A DNA stretch of 64,000 bases from an uncultured Gemmatimonadales bacterium (lineage in GTDB: Bacteria; Gemmatimonadota; Gemmatimonadetes; Longimicrobiales; Gaopeijiaceae), in assembly GCA_963823035.1 (NCBI GenBank), contig CAWGKG010000017.1, positions 64,001 through 128,000 of the forward strand. Direction: 5' to 3'. The position numbers and the translations under genes are program-made. Below are positions 1-10,156 of this stretch, piece after piece; the stretch's first letter is position 1; the number at the start of each line of letters is the position of its first letter. Below the pieces are notes generated by a model, which saw only the letters and a list, made by a program, of their open reading frames with translations, ran no database searches and was not told where the DNA came from.

Positions 1-2
1 AG

Positions 3-194
3 TACATCCCGATCGGCAAGGGGAAGGGCGGCTTCCGCAAGGACCGCTTCCTCGTCCCGATCAACACGGACTACGACCTCTACAGCATGGGACCCGACGG
101 TGCGTCCGTGGGTCCGCTCACGGCCGCGCCGAGTCGGGACGACATCATCCGGGCCAACGACGGCGGCTTCATAGGCCTCGCGTCGGAGTTCTGA
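3..194 (+). CDS. GspG/type IV pilin-like protein, C-terminal part (5' end outside the window)
   Basis: Own translation: YIPIGKGKGGFRKDRFLVPINTDYDLYSMGPDG...SRDDIIRANDGGFIGLASEF*. YDLYSxGPDG...DDI is the GspG-type C-terminal motif. Its TGA overlaps the next ATG (TGATG). Confidence 0.75.
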   Translation, partial: YIPIGKGKGGFRKDRFLVPINTDYDLYSMGPDGASVGPLTAAPSRDDIIRANDGGFIGLASEF

Positions 195-2293
195 TGGTGC
201 CTTCGCTCGGCCGCCTGAAGACGCGCGTCGCCCGGCGGCTCCTCGGCCTCTTCACGCTCAGCGCGTTCGTACCCGTCGCCGCGATGGCGGTGATCTCCCT
301 CCTGGTGGTGAACCGCCAGCTCGAGGAGCAGAGCCGCGAGCGCCTCCGCCAGCTCGCCAAGAACTCCGGGATGTCCGTGCTGCAGCAGCTCCAGAACGTG
401 GAGACCGGCCTCCTTTTCCTCGCGGAGGGCCAGGCGTTCGAGAAGACGCTGGACGCTACGCTCCAGCAGGGAATGCCGGAGATCCGCTCCTTCGCGGTCG
501 TGGCCATCGACGACTCCGTGCGGTTCTCCCGGGGCCGCCCCTTCGCGCGCCCCGCCCTCGATCCCCCGCAGCGCGCCGTCCTGGCGACCGGGCGCATGGT
601 GGTCGTGGGCACGGAAGGGCCCGACGGAGACGTGGTAACGGTCCTGGCGCCGCGGCCCGAGGACCCCGGGGGCCCCCTGATCTGGGCGCTCGTGGACGCG
701 GGGCCGCTGTGGAGCCCCGCCGTGACGTTCGCCTCGCTCCCGACCGTGGCGGAGTTCTGCCTGCTCGGCCCGGGGGGGTCGCCCGCGTACTGCCGTTCCG
801 GCGACAACCTCTTCGCGGAGGCGTTCCGCGAAGAGGCCCCGAGCAGTCCCCTCGGGACGTTCACATGGCAAGGCCCCGACGACCGCTACATCATCGGCCA
901 CTGGGCCTTCCATCCGGCCGGCACCACCGGGGGACCTCCCTGGCACGTTCTGATCGCGGAGTCTTCGAGCGGCTTCCGGGCGCCGATCGCCGACTTCTCG
1001 ACGTCCTTCGTGCTCGTGCTCCTCCTGGGGCTGTCCATGGTGTTCCTCCTCGCGAACGCGCAGATCCGCCGCACGACCGACCCGCTGGCCGCGCTGGACG
1101 CCGGCACGCGCCGCGTCGCCGCCGGAGACCTGTCGACGCGGGTGGAGGTGGACACCGCCGACGAGTTCGGCGCGCTGGCCGGGTCGTTCAACACCATGGC
1201 GGACCACCTGCACGAGCAGTTCACGCAGCTCGACGCGGCGCGCGCCGTGGACCGGGCGGTGCTGACCGCCTTCAACACGGACGACGTCGTCCGGACGATC
1301 CTCGAGCGGATTCCCTCGCTGGTGCCGTGCCGCTCGGCGGGCGTTCTCCTGGCGGATCGCTCGGGCGGCCCCGCCGCGCTCCACTGGCTGACCTCGATCC
1401 CCTCCCTCGGGGGCACGACCGTGCGCCTCGTGGACGAGGACATCGCGTGGCTCGCAGCGCATCCGAGCCACGGCGTCGTCGACGGCCAGGGCCCGCCGTT
1501 CGCGCGGGCGGTCCGCGTCGGACTGGGCCCCGGACCCTTGATGATCCTCCCACTGGTCGTGAAGGAGAAGGTACGGGGCGCCCTCCTCCTCGAGCGGACC
1601 ACGGGGGCGCCGCTCAGCGAGAGCGACGTGCGCAGCGCGCGCCGCCTGGCCAACCAGGCCGCGGTCGCGCTGGACGACGTCTCTTTGGTGAAAGAGCTCG
1701 AGGAGATGAGCTGGGGCGCCTTGCGCGCGCTGGCACGGGCCATCGACGCCAAGTCGAAGTGGACCGCCGGCCACTCCGAGCGGGTGACCGAGCTCGCGCT
1801 GTTGTTGGGGCGCCAGATGGGACTCGGGGACGACGACATGGAGACGCTGCACCGCGGCGGGCTCCTGCACGACATCGGCAAGATCGGCGTCCCGGCCAGC
1901 GTCCTGGACTCGCCGTCCGTCCTGAGCCCGGCGGAGCGCGCGCAGGTGGCCCTACATCCGACCATCGGAGCGCGGATCCTCGAGCCGATCCGCGCGTTCA
2001 GCCCCGTGATCCCGATCGTCATCCAGCACCACGAGCGCTGGGACGGCAGCGGCTACCCGGCGGGCCTGCGCGGAGAGCAGATCGATCGGCTCGCCCGCAT
2101 CGTGGCCGTGGCCGACACCTACGACGCGCTGGTCTCGCCCCGCCCCTACCGGGACGCGGCGAGCCTCGACGCCGGCCTGCGCGCCATCCAGGAGGGCGCG
2201 GGTATCCAATTCGATCCAGCAGTCGCCGAGGCCTTCGTCCGCCGCATGGCGGATCAGGACCTCGCTCTCCCGATCCTGCAGGACAGCGTATGA
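194..2293 (+). CDS. Membrane HAMP-GAF-HD-GYP cyclic-dinucleotide phosphodiesterase
   Basis: Two TM helices around an extracytoplasmic domain, HAMP (DEFGALAGSFNTMA), GAF-like segment, HSERV, LHDIGK, HHERWDGSGYP and VADTYDA motifs. Confidence 0.92.
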   Translation: MVPSLGRLKTRVARRLLGLFTLSAFVPVAAMAVISLLVVNRQLEEQSRERLRQLAKNSGMSVLQQLQNVETGLLFLAEGQAFEKTLDATLQQGMPEIRSFAVVAIDDSVRFSRGRPFARPALDPPQRAVLATGRMVVVGTEGPDGDVVTVLAPRPEDPGGPLIWALVDAGPLWSPAVTFASLPTVAEFCLLGPGGSPAYCRSGDNLFAEAFREEAPSSPLGTFTWQGPDDRYIIGHWAFHPAGTTGGPPWHVLIAESSSGFRAPIADFSTSFVLVLLLGLSMVFLLANAQIRRTTDPLAALDAGTRRVAAGDLSTRVEVDTADEFGALAGSFNTMADHLHEQFTQLDAARAVDRAVLTAFNTDDVVRTILERIPSLVPCRSAGVLLADRSGGPAALHWLTSIPSLGGTTVRLVDEDIAWLAAHPSHGVVDGQGPPFARAVRVGLGPGPLMILPLVVKEKVRGALLLERTTGAPLSESDVRSARRLANQAAVALDDVSLVKELEEMSWGALRALARAIDAKSKWTAGHSERVTELALLLGRQMGLGDDDMETLHRGGLLHDIGKIGVPASVLDSPSVLSPAERAQVALHPTIGARILEPIRAFSPVIPIVIQHHERWDGSGYPAGLRGEQIDRLARIVAVADTYDALVSPRPYRDAASLDAGLRAIQEGAGIQFDPAVAEAFVRRMADQDLALPILQDSV

Positions 2294-2751
2294 GCCGCAC
2301 CGCCTACAGCTCGACCCGAGCCTCCGCGCGCACGGGACACCGCATCACGTCCACGCCTCCACAGGCGGAGACGGGGCCCATCGGCGCTCCGCTCATCATC
2401 GTGGTCCTCTTCGTGATCATGGTGATCGTGGACCTGAGTCGCGGGGACGGAGGCGCCAAGGCCGTCGCCGCGCTCCCCGAGAGCGTGGTCGGCACGTGGA
2501 TCGCGCAGGATCCCCGCTACGCGGATCGCTCGATCCAGATCGACCCGGAGCTGGTCGTGATCCGGCCGGGGCGGGAGGAGCAGGCGTCCGTCGGGATCGT
2601 CACCGACTTCCGGAGCTGGCGTGAAGGTGGGCAGGAGGTCGTGCGCGTCGACTACCGCACGGACGACGGGGCCTTCTCGATCGAGGTGATGCCCGAGAAG
2701 CGAGGAATACGCCTGCGGCACCCCGCCGAGGTGCTGTGGACCCGCCGCTGA
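2290..2751 (+). CDS. Hypothetical single-TM protein
   Basis: ATGA overlap with the HD-GYP stop; hydrophobic LIIVVLFVIMVIV followed by a beta-rich domain. Confidence 0.65.
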   Translation: MSRTAYSSTRASARTGHRITSTPPQAETGPIGAPLIIVVLFVIMVIVDLSRGDGGAKAVAALPESVVGTWIAQDPRYADRSIQIDPELVVIRPGREEQASVGIVTDFRSWREGGQEVVRVDYRTDDGAFSIEVMPEKRGIRLRHPAEVLWTRR

Positions 2752-2761
2752 GGCGCCGCCC

Positions 2762-3487
2762 TCAATCCTCCCAGATGGCCATCCGCAGCACGTCGTGATA
2801 CGTGCCGTCGATGAGCACCTCGTCGCGGAGGATGCCCTCGACCCGGAAGCCCAGGTCCTCGTTGAGCTGGATGTTGCGCAGGTTGGTGTTGAGCGTGTTC
2901 AGGTAGATCTTGTGCAGCCTCAGACCCCGGAAGCCATAGCCGACCCAGAGGCGGCTGGCCGCCTTCGCGTATCCCCGCGCCCGCATCGAGGGCTCGCCGA
3001 TGAGCTTCCGCAGCTCCGCCATGCGCTGATCGACGTCGATGTTCAGGAACGCGGTCGCGCCGATCGGCAGCCCGTCCGGAAGCGTGACGATCCCGACCAG
3101 GCTCGCGGGATCGTCCACCACGTCTTCCAGCTTCAGCGACCGTGACCGCGTGCGCGCCATCAGGAAGTTGCGGCCGAACTCGTCGGCCATCCAACCGGCG
3201 AGCAGGTCCATGTCCCGGTCCCGATCGAAGGCGCGGATGTGCACCTGGTCGCCGCACAGCGGCAGGGTGTACAGCGCCGCCATCGGCGGCGCGTCCAGCC
3301 GCATGGAGCGCGGGGTCGGGTCGCCCTCCGCAGCCACCGACAGCTCGAGCAGCCGGTTCATGAAGCGCAGGTAGTCGGCCTGCGAGAAGCCGTACGTCGA
3401 GGCCTCCCGAAAGAACCCCCGCGCGAGCGTCTCGATGGTGCGGTCGGGTAGCTTCCCGCCCCCGTCGGTGGCTGGTTCCTCGCGCAT
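2762..3487 (-). CDS. RimJ/RimL-type GNAT N-acetyltransferase with N-terminal helical extension
   Basis: IGEPSMRARGYAK, LHKIYLNTLNTN, LGFRVEGILRDEV...YHDVLRM motifs. Confidence 0.85.
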   Translation of the reverse strand: MREEPATDGGGKLPDRTIETLARGFFREASTYGFSQADYLRFMNRLLELSVAAEGDPTPRSMRLDAPPMAALYTLPLCGDQVHIRAFDRDRDMDLLAGWMADEFGRNFLMARTRSRSLKLEDVVDDPASLVGIVTLPDGLPIGATAFLNIDVDQRMAELRKLIGEPSMRARGYAKAASRLWVGYGFRGLRLHKIYLNTLNTNLRNIQLNEDLGFRVEGILRDEVLIDGTYHDVLRMAIWED

Positions 3488-3567
3488 CTGGGCTCCCCTG
3501 GGGTGGATCGCGCTGCTACTCCAAGATCCTCCGCCGGGAAGCTGATGTCCAGCAAGATTTTGCGCCG

Positions 3568-4083
3568 CTACAGGGGCAGAGCGATCCTCCACGTCAAGGT
3601 ACGCCGTCCCTCCAGGTGCGTCATGCCGAGCGAGAGCTGCGGCCCCGCACCTCCACCGGCCGTCCACCCCTCCGCCTGATTGAACAGCTCGACGGACCGG
3701 TTGACGTGTCCCTTCGCCACGAGCGCCGACACCACCGTGACCGCGCCGAAGCCCGCGATCAGCCCGACGTCCGTCCAGCTCGTGGTGCCCGTGCTGGAGT
3801 TGATGTTGCCCGACTGGACGTCCTGCGCGTCGTTGATGGTCTCGATGAGCATCTTCGTCGACACGGCCAGCATCCCCACCGAGCCGATCAGGCTCAGTGT
3901 GAAGAAAGGCTTGGCCTTGTTCGCCTCCTCGAGCGCGGTCGGATGCGTCGCGAGCAGGTCGGTGAACTCCGAGCTGTAGGAGACGAAGCCGTGGACCTTC
4001 TGTGGCTCGGCGCCCCCGTACACGAACTTCGCCGACTTGAGGAAGCCGGTGCGGATCTCGAGGGGAGGCGTCTGGCCGTTCAT
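3568..4083 (-). CDS. Hypothetical 2-TM membrane protein, possibly 5'-truncated
   Basis: Two hydrophobic segments and a C-terminal beta strand. Upstream in-frame VPCAGQ resembles the end of a signal peptide. Confidence 0.55.
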   Translation of the reverse strand: MNGQTPPLEIRTGFLKSAKFVYGGAEPQKVHGFVSYSSEFTDLLATHPTALEEANKAKPFFTLSLIGSVGMLAVSTKMLIETINDAQDVQSGNINSSTGTTSWTDVGLIAGFGAVTVVSALVAKGHVNRSVELFNQAEGWTAGGGAGPQLSLGMTHLEGRRTLTWRIALPL

Positions 4084-4930
4084 CGACCCCTGCCCGGCGC
4101 ACGGTACCGGCGCAGCTCGAGCGCTTCGCCCGCCAGCCTCTCGGCCTCGCCGTACTCGCCCTGTACGCGCCGCACCTCCGCGAGGTTGTCGATGGACCGG
4201 GCCAGCTCCGCCGGCGCGGTGGAGCGCAACCCGCGGCGCAGCGCCACCACCTCGCGAAGCGTGGCCTCCGCGGCGTCCCAGTTCCCGTCCAGGTACTGGA
4301 GCCACCCCCGCTCGTTGCGCGCCACCGCGACAGGCTCGCTGCGCGCGCCGCTGAGCCGTGTGCGGGTCTCGACCGCTTCATCCACGAGGGGTGCCGCCTC
4401 GGCGTACATCCCCAGGTTCCGGTAGACCTGCGCGACCGCCAGCAGCATCTCGGCCTGGATCTCCGGCTGTCCGCCGAGCTCGACGAGAACACGCTCGGCG
4501 CCGCGCGCCAGGAGCTCCTCGGCCGTGAGCGCCTTGGACTCGGTGCGCTGCGGATCGGCGTCCGCGAACACCCCCACCAGGTAGTCCCTCACCTGCTCGG
4601 CCTCGAGCGCCTCGCGGCGCGCCTTGCGCGCCTGCCAGGCCGTGGTGGTCATGCCGCCCAGGAGGGCGAGGACCACGGCCGCGGCTCCCGCCATCCCCAC
4701 GCGATGGCGCCGTACCAGCTTTCGCAACCTGTACGCAGCGCCCGCGCGACGCGCGCCCACGGGTGTGTCGGCGAGGTACGCCCCCACGTCCGCGGCCAGG
4801 GCCGACACGGAGAGGTAGCGCCCGTTTGGGTCCCTCTCGATCGCCTTCATCACGATCGCATCGAGATCCCCCGTCAGCTCCTTGGCGCGCCGGCGCGTGT
4901 CGGGGAGCTGCGTCGCCGACGCCGCTTCGC
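4080..4930 (-). pseudogene. Remnant of an ECF43-associated Ser/Thr kinase (kinase tail, TM, TPR); catalytic domain absent
   Basis: RRRAKELTGDLDAIVMKAIERDPNGRYLSVSALAADV, YRLRKLVRRHR, a TM helix and TPR repeats are present. No VAxK, HRD or DFG motifs upstream. Confidence 0.8.
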
Positions 4931-5296
4931 CGACGCGCGCGCCTCCACGGCCAGCCCCGCGACGTCCGCGTCCACCTGTACCCAGCTCCCTCCTCGCTTC
5001 TGCGTGAGGTGCGCGCGCGCGTGGTCCACCAGGATCTGGCGCATGGCCTTCGCGGCCAGGCGGAAGAAGTGCCCGCGATCGGCGGTGTCCAACCCCGCCG
5101 TCCGCGCCAGCTTCATGTAGGTCTCGTGGACCAGCGCCGTGGTGTTGAGCGTCCGCCCGGGCGCCTGGGTCGCGAGCTCGCGGTGGGCGGCGATGCGCAG
5201 CCGCTCATACACGAGCGTGAACAGCTCGTCGAACGCTGCCCGATCCCCTTGCCTGAGAGCGGCGACCAGCTCATGGAAGTCACGACCTTCGGCCAT
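4874..5296 (-). pseudogene. ECF43 (TIGR02999-type) sigma factor, region 2 only; region 4 missing
   Basis: VYERLRIAAHREL...TLNTTALVHETYMKL...DRGHFFRLAAKAMRQILVDHAR...KRGG. Homology ends after LAVEARA (~4935). Confidence 0.82.
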
Positions 5297-5437
5297 CTGG
5301 CAGGGGCTCCGACTCCGGGACCGGGAAGGGCGCGACCGAGCGGACTCGCTCCGACCAGGGTAGGGTAGCCGCACCGCCGTTTCAAGGGACGTCGCGCGCC
5401 GCGGCGCAGACGTGGTGCGAGGAGGGGCGGCGCGGGC

Positions 5438-8095
5438 CTACTCGTTCCTCAGCGCACCCATCGGATCGACCGCGGCGGCGCGCGCCGCAGGCACCCAACA
5501 CGCCACCGCGGCCACCACCCCGAGCACGCCGAGCACCATCAGGTACGTCGCGGGATCGAGGCGGGACACGCCGAAGAGCAGCGCCTCCACCATCCTGCTG
5601 GCGACCGCCGCCGTGCCCACGCCCAGCGCCGCGCCGAGCCCCGCGAGCGCCAGCCCCTGCCGCACCACCATCCGCACGAGGTTGCCCCGTGACGCGCCCA
5701 GCGCGGCCCGCACCCCGATCTCCTTCGTCCGCTCGGCGACGCTCCCGGCCAACACGCCGTAGAGGCCGATGCCGGCGAGCACGAGCGCCAGGAGGGCGAA
5801 CGTCTCGAGCACCACCAGCGCGAAGGTTCGACGCGCCTCGGAGCGGGCGACGAGGTCCGGCATGGTGAGCGCGCGCACGATGGGCTGGTCGCCGTCCACC
5901 GACCAGACGGCCTCCCGGACGGCGGGCACCAGCGAGGCTGCGTCGCTCTCGGCCCGGACCACGAGCCAGAGCGCACGATCGGCGAAGTACCACTGCTCGG
6001 GCGTGACGTAGACGGCGGCTCGTCCGGCCCCCGGCGAGCGACGCCTGCTTCACGTCGCCCACCACCCCCACGATCGTGTACCACGGCAGGTCCGTCCGGC
6101 CCACGTGCAGCCGGCGACCGATCGGGTCGCGGTCCGCGAAGGCGCTGCGCGCGAAGGCCCGGCTCACGACCGCCGCGGGGGGCGCGCTCCCGCCGTCCTG
6201 GCGATCCAACGCCCGGCCCTGCACCAACGGGATGCCCATCGCCTCGAAGTAGCCGGGGCTCACGGCGTATCGATAGACCGAGCCGTCGTCGTCGGTCGCG
6301 CCCGGGTCGTCCTCGAGGTGCACGCCGTACACGGAGGCGTCGCCGCTCAGGGGGAGCTGGCTGGTGAGGGCGGCCGAGGCCACGCCGGGGATCTCCCGTA
6401 CGGCCTCCAGCGCCAGCCCGAAGAAACGGTGCGTCGCTTCGTCGTCGACGTCGAAGCGGCGCCCCACGGTCTGCACCTGCATGACGACGACGCGATCGGG
6501 GTCGAATCCGGGCGGCACGGCGAAGAGGCCCTGCAGGCTGCGCAGCATGAGGCCCGCGCCGACCAGCAGCACGAGGGCCAGGCCGACCTCCGACACCACG
6601 AGCGCGCGACGCGTCGACTGGTGGGACGGCGCCGTGCGCGCGGACGCCTCCCGCATCCCGTCGTGAAGGCCGCGGCGCCCGGGAGACAGCGCGGGGATGA
6701 GCCCCACCGCGACGCCCAGCAGCGTGGTGACGCCCAGGGCGAACCCGTACGCCGCGCCGTCCAGCCCGATCGCGTCCACCCGGGGTAGTCCGGGTGGGGC
6801 GAGCCGCACCAGCACACGGACGCCCGCGGCCGCCACGAGCATCCCGAGCGCGCCCCCGGCACCTGCGAGCAGGAGGCTCTCGGCGAGGAGCTGACGGAGC
6901 AGGCGACCGCGCGCCGCCCCCAGGGCGGTGCGCATGGCGAGCTCACCCGAGCGACGGGCGCCCCGGGCCAGCAGGAGGTTGGTGACGTTCACGCACGCGA
7001 TGCCGAGCAGGAGCACGGCCGCCGCGAGAAGCGCCACGAGCACGGGTCGCGCACCCGCGGTCGCTGCCTCGCGCAGGGGTGTCACCGAGAGACCCTGTCC
7101 CAGCGACGCCCACGCGGGCCGGGGCACCTCGGTGACCGGCCGGGCGGCGATGGCATCCAGCTCCGACCTCGCGGCGGCGGGCGGCACGTTCGTGCGCAGG
7201 CGTCCGAGCATCTCGAGGTGGTGGCCCCACTCCCGGCCGTCGAAGCCGGGGAGGGAGGCGTCGTACTGCAGGAGCGCCCACAGCCTCGGCGGGGTGGCCC
7301 GGCACGTTCTCGAAGCCACGGGGCATGACGCCCACCACCGTGAAGGGCCCGTCGTCCAGGCGGACCTGGCGGCCCACGATCGTGCTGTCCGCCCCGAACC
7401 GGCGCCGCCACAGCCCGTCGCCGAGCACCACGACGTCCGGACCACCCACGCGGTCGGCGTCGGCGTCGAAGCCACGCCCCAGCGCGGGCGACACGCCCAG
7501 CGCCCGGAAGTAGCCGGCGCTCACCCGCTGGCCCTCCAGCCGCTCCGGCTCGCCCTCTCCGGTCACGGTGGGCTGCCAGGGACGGAAGACCGCGAGGGTC
7601 TCGAAGGCACCGGCGCGCGCCGACACCTCCACGTAGGTGCCGAAGGTGACGGGCAGCGGCGAGCCGTCGGCCGCATGGTCGGCGATCGCGACGAGCCGCT
7701 CCTGCTCCGGGTAGGGGAGCGGCCGGAAGAGCACGGGGCTCACGGCGCTGAAGATCGCCGTCGCGGATCCGATGCCCAGGCCCAGCGTCGACACGGCCAC
7801 CACGGTGAAGCCGGGGCTCCGCCAGAGACGGCGCGCTCCGTAGCGCACGTCCGCTGACCAGGGCCTCCGCGAGGCGTTCCCAGCCGTAGGCGCGCACGTT
7901 CTCGCGCACGGTCGCGGCGTCCCCGTGGGCGAGCCGGACCGCGCGCCGGGCCTCCTCGGGCGGCAGGCCCCCGGCGACCAGGTCGGCCTCCGCCTCATCG
8001 AGATAGTGCCGCACCTCGTCCGCGACGTCCTGCTCCTCGGCGTCACGGCGCAGGAGGGCACGCAGGCCGCGCCAGATCCGGCGCCAGGCACGCAT
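5438..8095 (-). CDS. ADOP-family duplicated MacB/FtsX ABC permease (frameshifted)
   Basis: DVRYGARRLWRSPGFTVVAVSTLGLGIG, LIACVNVTNLL-like, ELAMRTALGA, EIGVRAALGAS and AAAVDPMGALRNE, spread over several frames. Confidence 0.9.
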
Positions 8096-8097
8096 GG

Positions 8098-8432
8098 CTA
8101 TCCCTCCGCCCCGAGCAGGCGACCCACCGCCGCCACCTTCGCCGCCAGTCCGTGGTCTCCGCTTCGAGCCTCCGCACTCCGGCGCGCGTGAGCGAGTAGA
8201 ACTTCGCCCGCCGGGCGTTCTCCGTGCGCCGCCACTCCGAGTCCAGCCACCCCGCGCGCTCGAGGCGGCGGAGCGCGGTCAGCAGCGAGCCCGGATTGAC
8301 CTTGAAGACGCCGCGAGAGACCTGCTCGATCCGACGCGCGATGCCGTACCCGTGCATGGGCGTGAGGCTGAGCGTCTTGAGGATCAACATGTCCAGCGTA
8401 CCCTGGATCACGTCGGTGTTGGGTTCTTCCAT
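8098..8432 (-). CDS. PadR-family transcriptional regulator (acidobacterial type; frameshift near the 3' end)
   Basis: QGTLDMLILKTL...PMHGYGIA...GSL...RRAKFYSLT; lies directly upstream of the ADOP gene. Confidence 0.92.
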
Positions 8433-8477
8433 GCGTCCGTTCCGTGGCGGAGAAGCGCCCAGGATGGGCTCGCTTCC

Positions 8478-8492
8478 TCTTGATTGTCAAGA
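8478..8492. promoter_or_regulatory. Putative PadR operator TCTTGA-TTG-TCAAGA
   Basis: Perfect 6-3-6 inverted repeat 45 bp upstream of padR, in an AT-richer patch. Confidence 0.6.
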
Positions 8493-8652
8493 TGTGACCA
8501 TCAAGAGTACCGCCGGCGGTCGCTCACGGGGATCTCCAGGTGCCGTGCTTGACGGGCCGGGACCGGAAGGTCGACAATCGAGAGGTGTCCGATCTTGGCC
8601 ACGACGACACGCTGGGCTCCGCGGTCGTGGCACCTCTCCGGGGGTTCTACCC

Positions 8653-10101
8653 ATGCATTCCGAGACCGAAGAGGAGTCCCCCGACGGACCCCGTCGAGAG
8701 GCGAACGTCCTCCTCACGCATCTGTCCGACCGCGTGGTCGGACAGCCGACGGCGCTGGAGGCGATCGTCCCGAGCCTCCAGCTGCACCTGAGCGGTCTGG
8801 CTCCCGAGGGCCGCCCGGTGGGTGTCTTCCTCCTGCTCGGTCCGACCGGTACGGGGAAGACCCGCACGGTGGAGGCGATCGCGGACGTCCTGCACGGGGA
8901 CCTGCACCGCCTGGTGCGCATCGACTGCGGCGAGTTCCAGGGGGACCACGAGGTCGCCAAGCTCATCGGCGCCCCGCCCGGCTACGTGGGCCACGCCGAC
9001 ACGAAGCCGCGCCTCACGCAGGACAGCCTCGCCGAGGTGACCAGCCCGTCCAGCGATCTCGCGCTCGTGCTGTTCGATGAGATCGAGAAGGCGGCGCCCG
9101 CCCTCATGCAGCTCCTGCTCGGCGTGCTCGATCGGGCCACCCTCCGCCTCGGGGACGGCGGCGAGGTCGACTTCTCCAAGACGCTCATCTTCCTCACGAG
9201 CAACCTGGGCGCTCGGGAGATGATGGAGGAGATGCGCCCCGGGCTCGGCTTCGACACCGGCCACGCGCACGACTCGAAGGAGCTCTCGGAGCGCCTCGAG
9301 CGGATCGGGGTGCGGGCGGTGAAGAAGTTCTTCTCCCCGGAGTTCGTGAACCGCGTCGACGCCGTGGTCACCTACCGCCCGCTCGACGCGGCCTCCGTCG
9401 TGGCGATCTGCGACCAGCAGATCCGCGACCTGCAGCACCACGTCCACACCCGGCTCGGAGACAGCTCCTTCCAGATCGAGATCGAGCCGGCAGCCCGCTA
9501 CTTCCTGATCGACAAGGGCACCAGCCTGGAGTACGGTGCCCGCGAGCTGAAGCGGGTGATCCACCGACATCTGACCCAGCCGCTGGCGGCGATGGTCGTG
9601 AACGAGAAGGTCCCGCCCGGGACGCGCGTCTACGTGGAGATGGCCGAGAGCGGCGAGTCCCTCACGCTGCGCGCCGATCCCCCCGAGGAGGTGCCGGTGA
9701 CGGCGGACGGGGTCCGCACCGTCCTCACGGTGGACGACAATGCCGACCTCCTCCTGTGGATGGAGCGCGTCCTGAGCGAGTCGGGATTCCGGGTCGTGAC
9801 GGCAGGCTCCGTGCGCGAGGCCGCGGCGAAGGCGGCCGCGGAGAGGCCCGACCTGGCCGTGCTCGACTACCTCCTGCCGGACGGCGACGGGGTGTTCCTC
9901 GCCACCGAGCTGCTCCACGATCATCCCGGCATCGGCATCGTCATCGTCAGCGGCACGGAGCTGGACGCCGAGTCCCGCGCCATCACCCGGCGCCACGAGA
10001 TCCGCTTTCTGCGAAAGCCCTTCCTCGTCGGGGAGTTCGTGGCGGCCGTGAGGGCCGCCGGGCCCAGGACGCGTCAGGCGTCGTCGGGGGGCAGCTCCTG
10101 A
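8653..10101 (+). CDS. Single-module ClpA/B D2-type AAA+ ATPase with C-terminal receiver domain
   Basis: GPTGTGKT, GAPPGYVG pore loop, LFDEIEKA, FSPEFVNRVD, YGARELKR, then VLTVDD...VLDYLLPDGDG...VSG...LRKPF. Confidence 0.88.
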   Translation: MHSETEEESPDGPRREANVLLTHLSDRVVGQPTALEAIVPSLQLHLSGLAPEGRPVGVFLLLGPTGTGKTRTVEAIADVLHGDLHRLVRIDCGEFQGDHEVAKLIGAPPGYVGHADTKPRLTQDSLAEVTSPSSDLALVLFDEIEKAAPALMQLLLGVLDRATLRLGDGGEVDFSKTLIFLTSNLGAREMMEEMRPGLGFDTGHAHDSKELSERLERIGVRAVKKFFSPEFVNRVDAVVTYRPLDAASVVAICDQQIRDLQHHVHTRLGDSSFQIEIEPAARYFLIDKGTSLEYGARELKRVIHRHLTQPLAAMVVNEKVPPGTRVYVEMAESGESLTLRADPPEEVPVTADGVRTVLTVDDNADLLLWMERVLSESGFRVVTAGSVREAAAKAAAERPDLAVLDYLLPDGDGVFLATELLHDHPGIGIVIVSGTELDAESRAITRRHEIRFLRKPFLVGEFVAAVRAAGPRTRQASSGGSS

Positions 10102-10156
10102 GGCTCCGATCGCGCCACGGATAGCGGTCGGGACGGCCAGGCGTCCGTCTCGTGGG

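Noticed and set aside
3550..3568. Sigma54 promoter upstream of the GNAT gene (GGCGC...TTGC, minus strand)
   Set aside because: GG-to-GC spacing is 11 nt, not the required 10.
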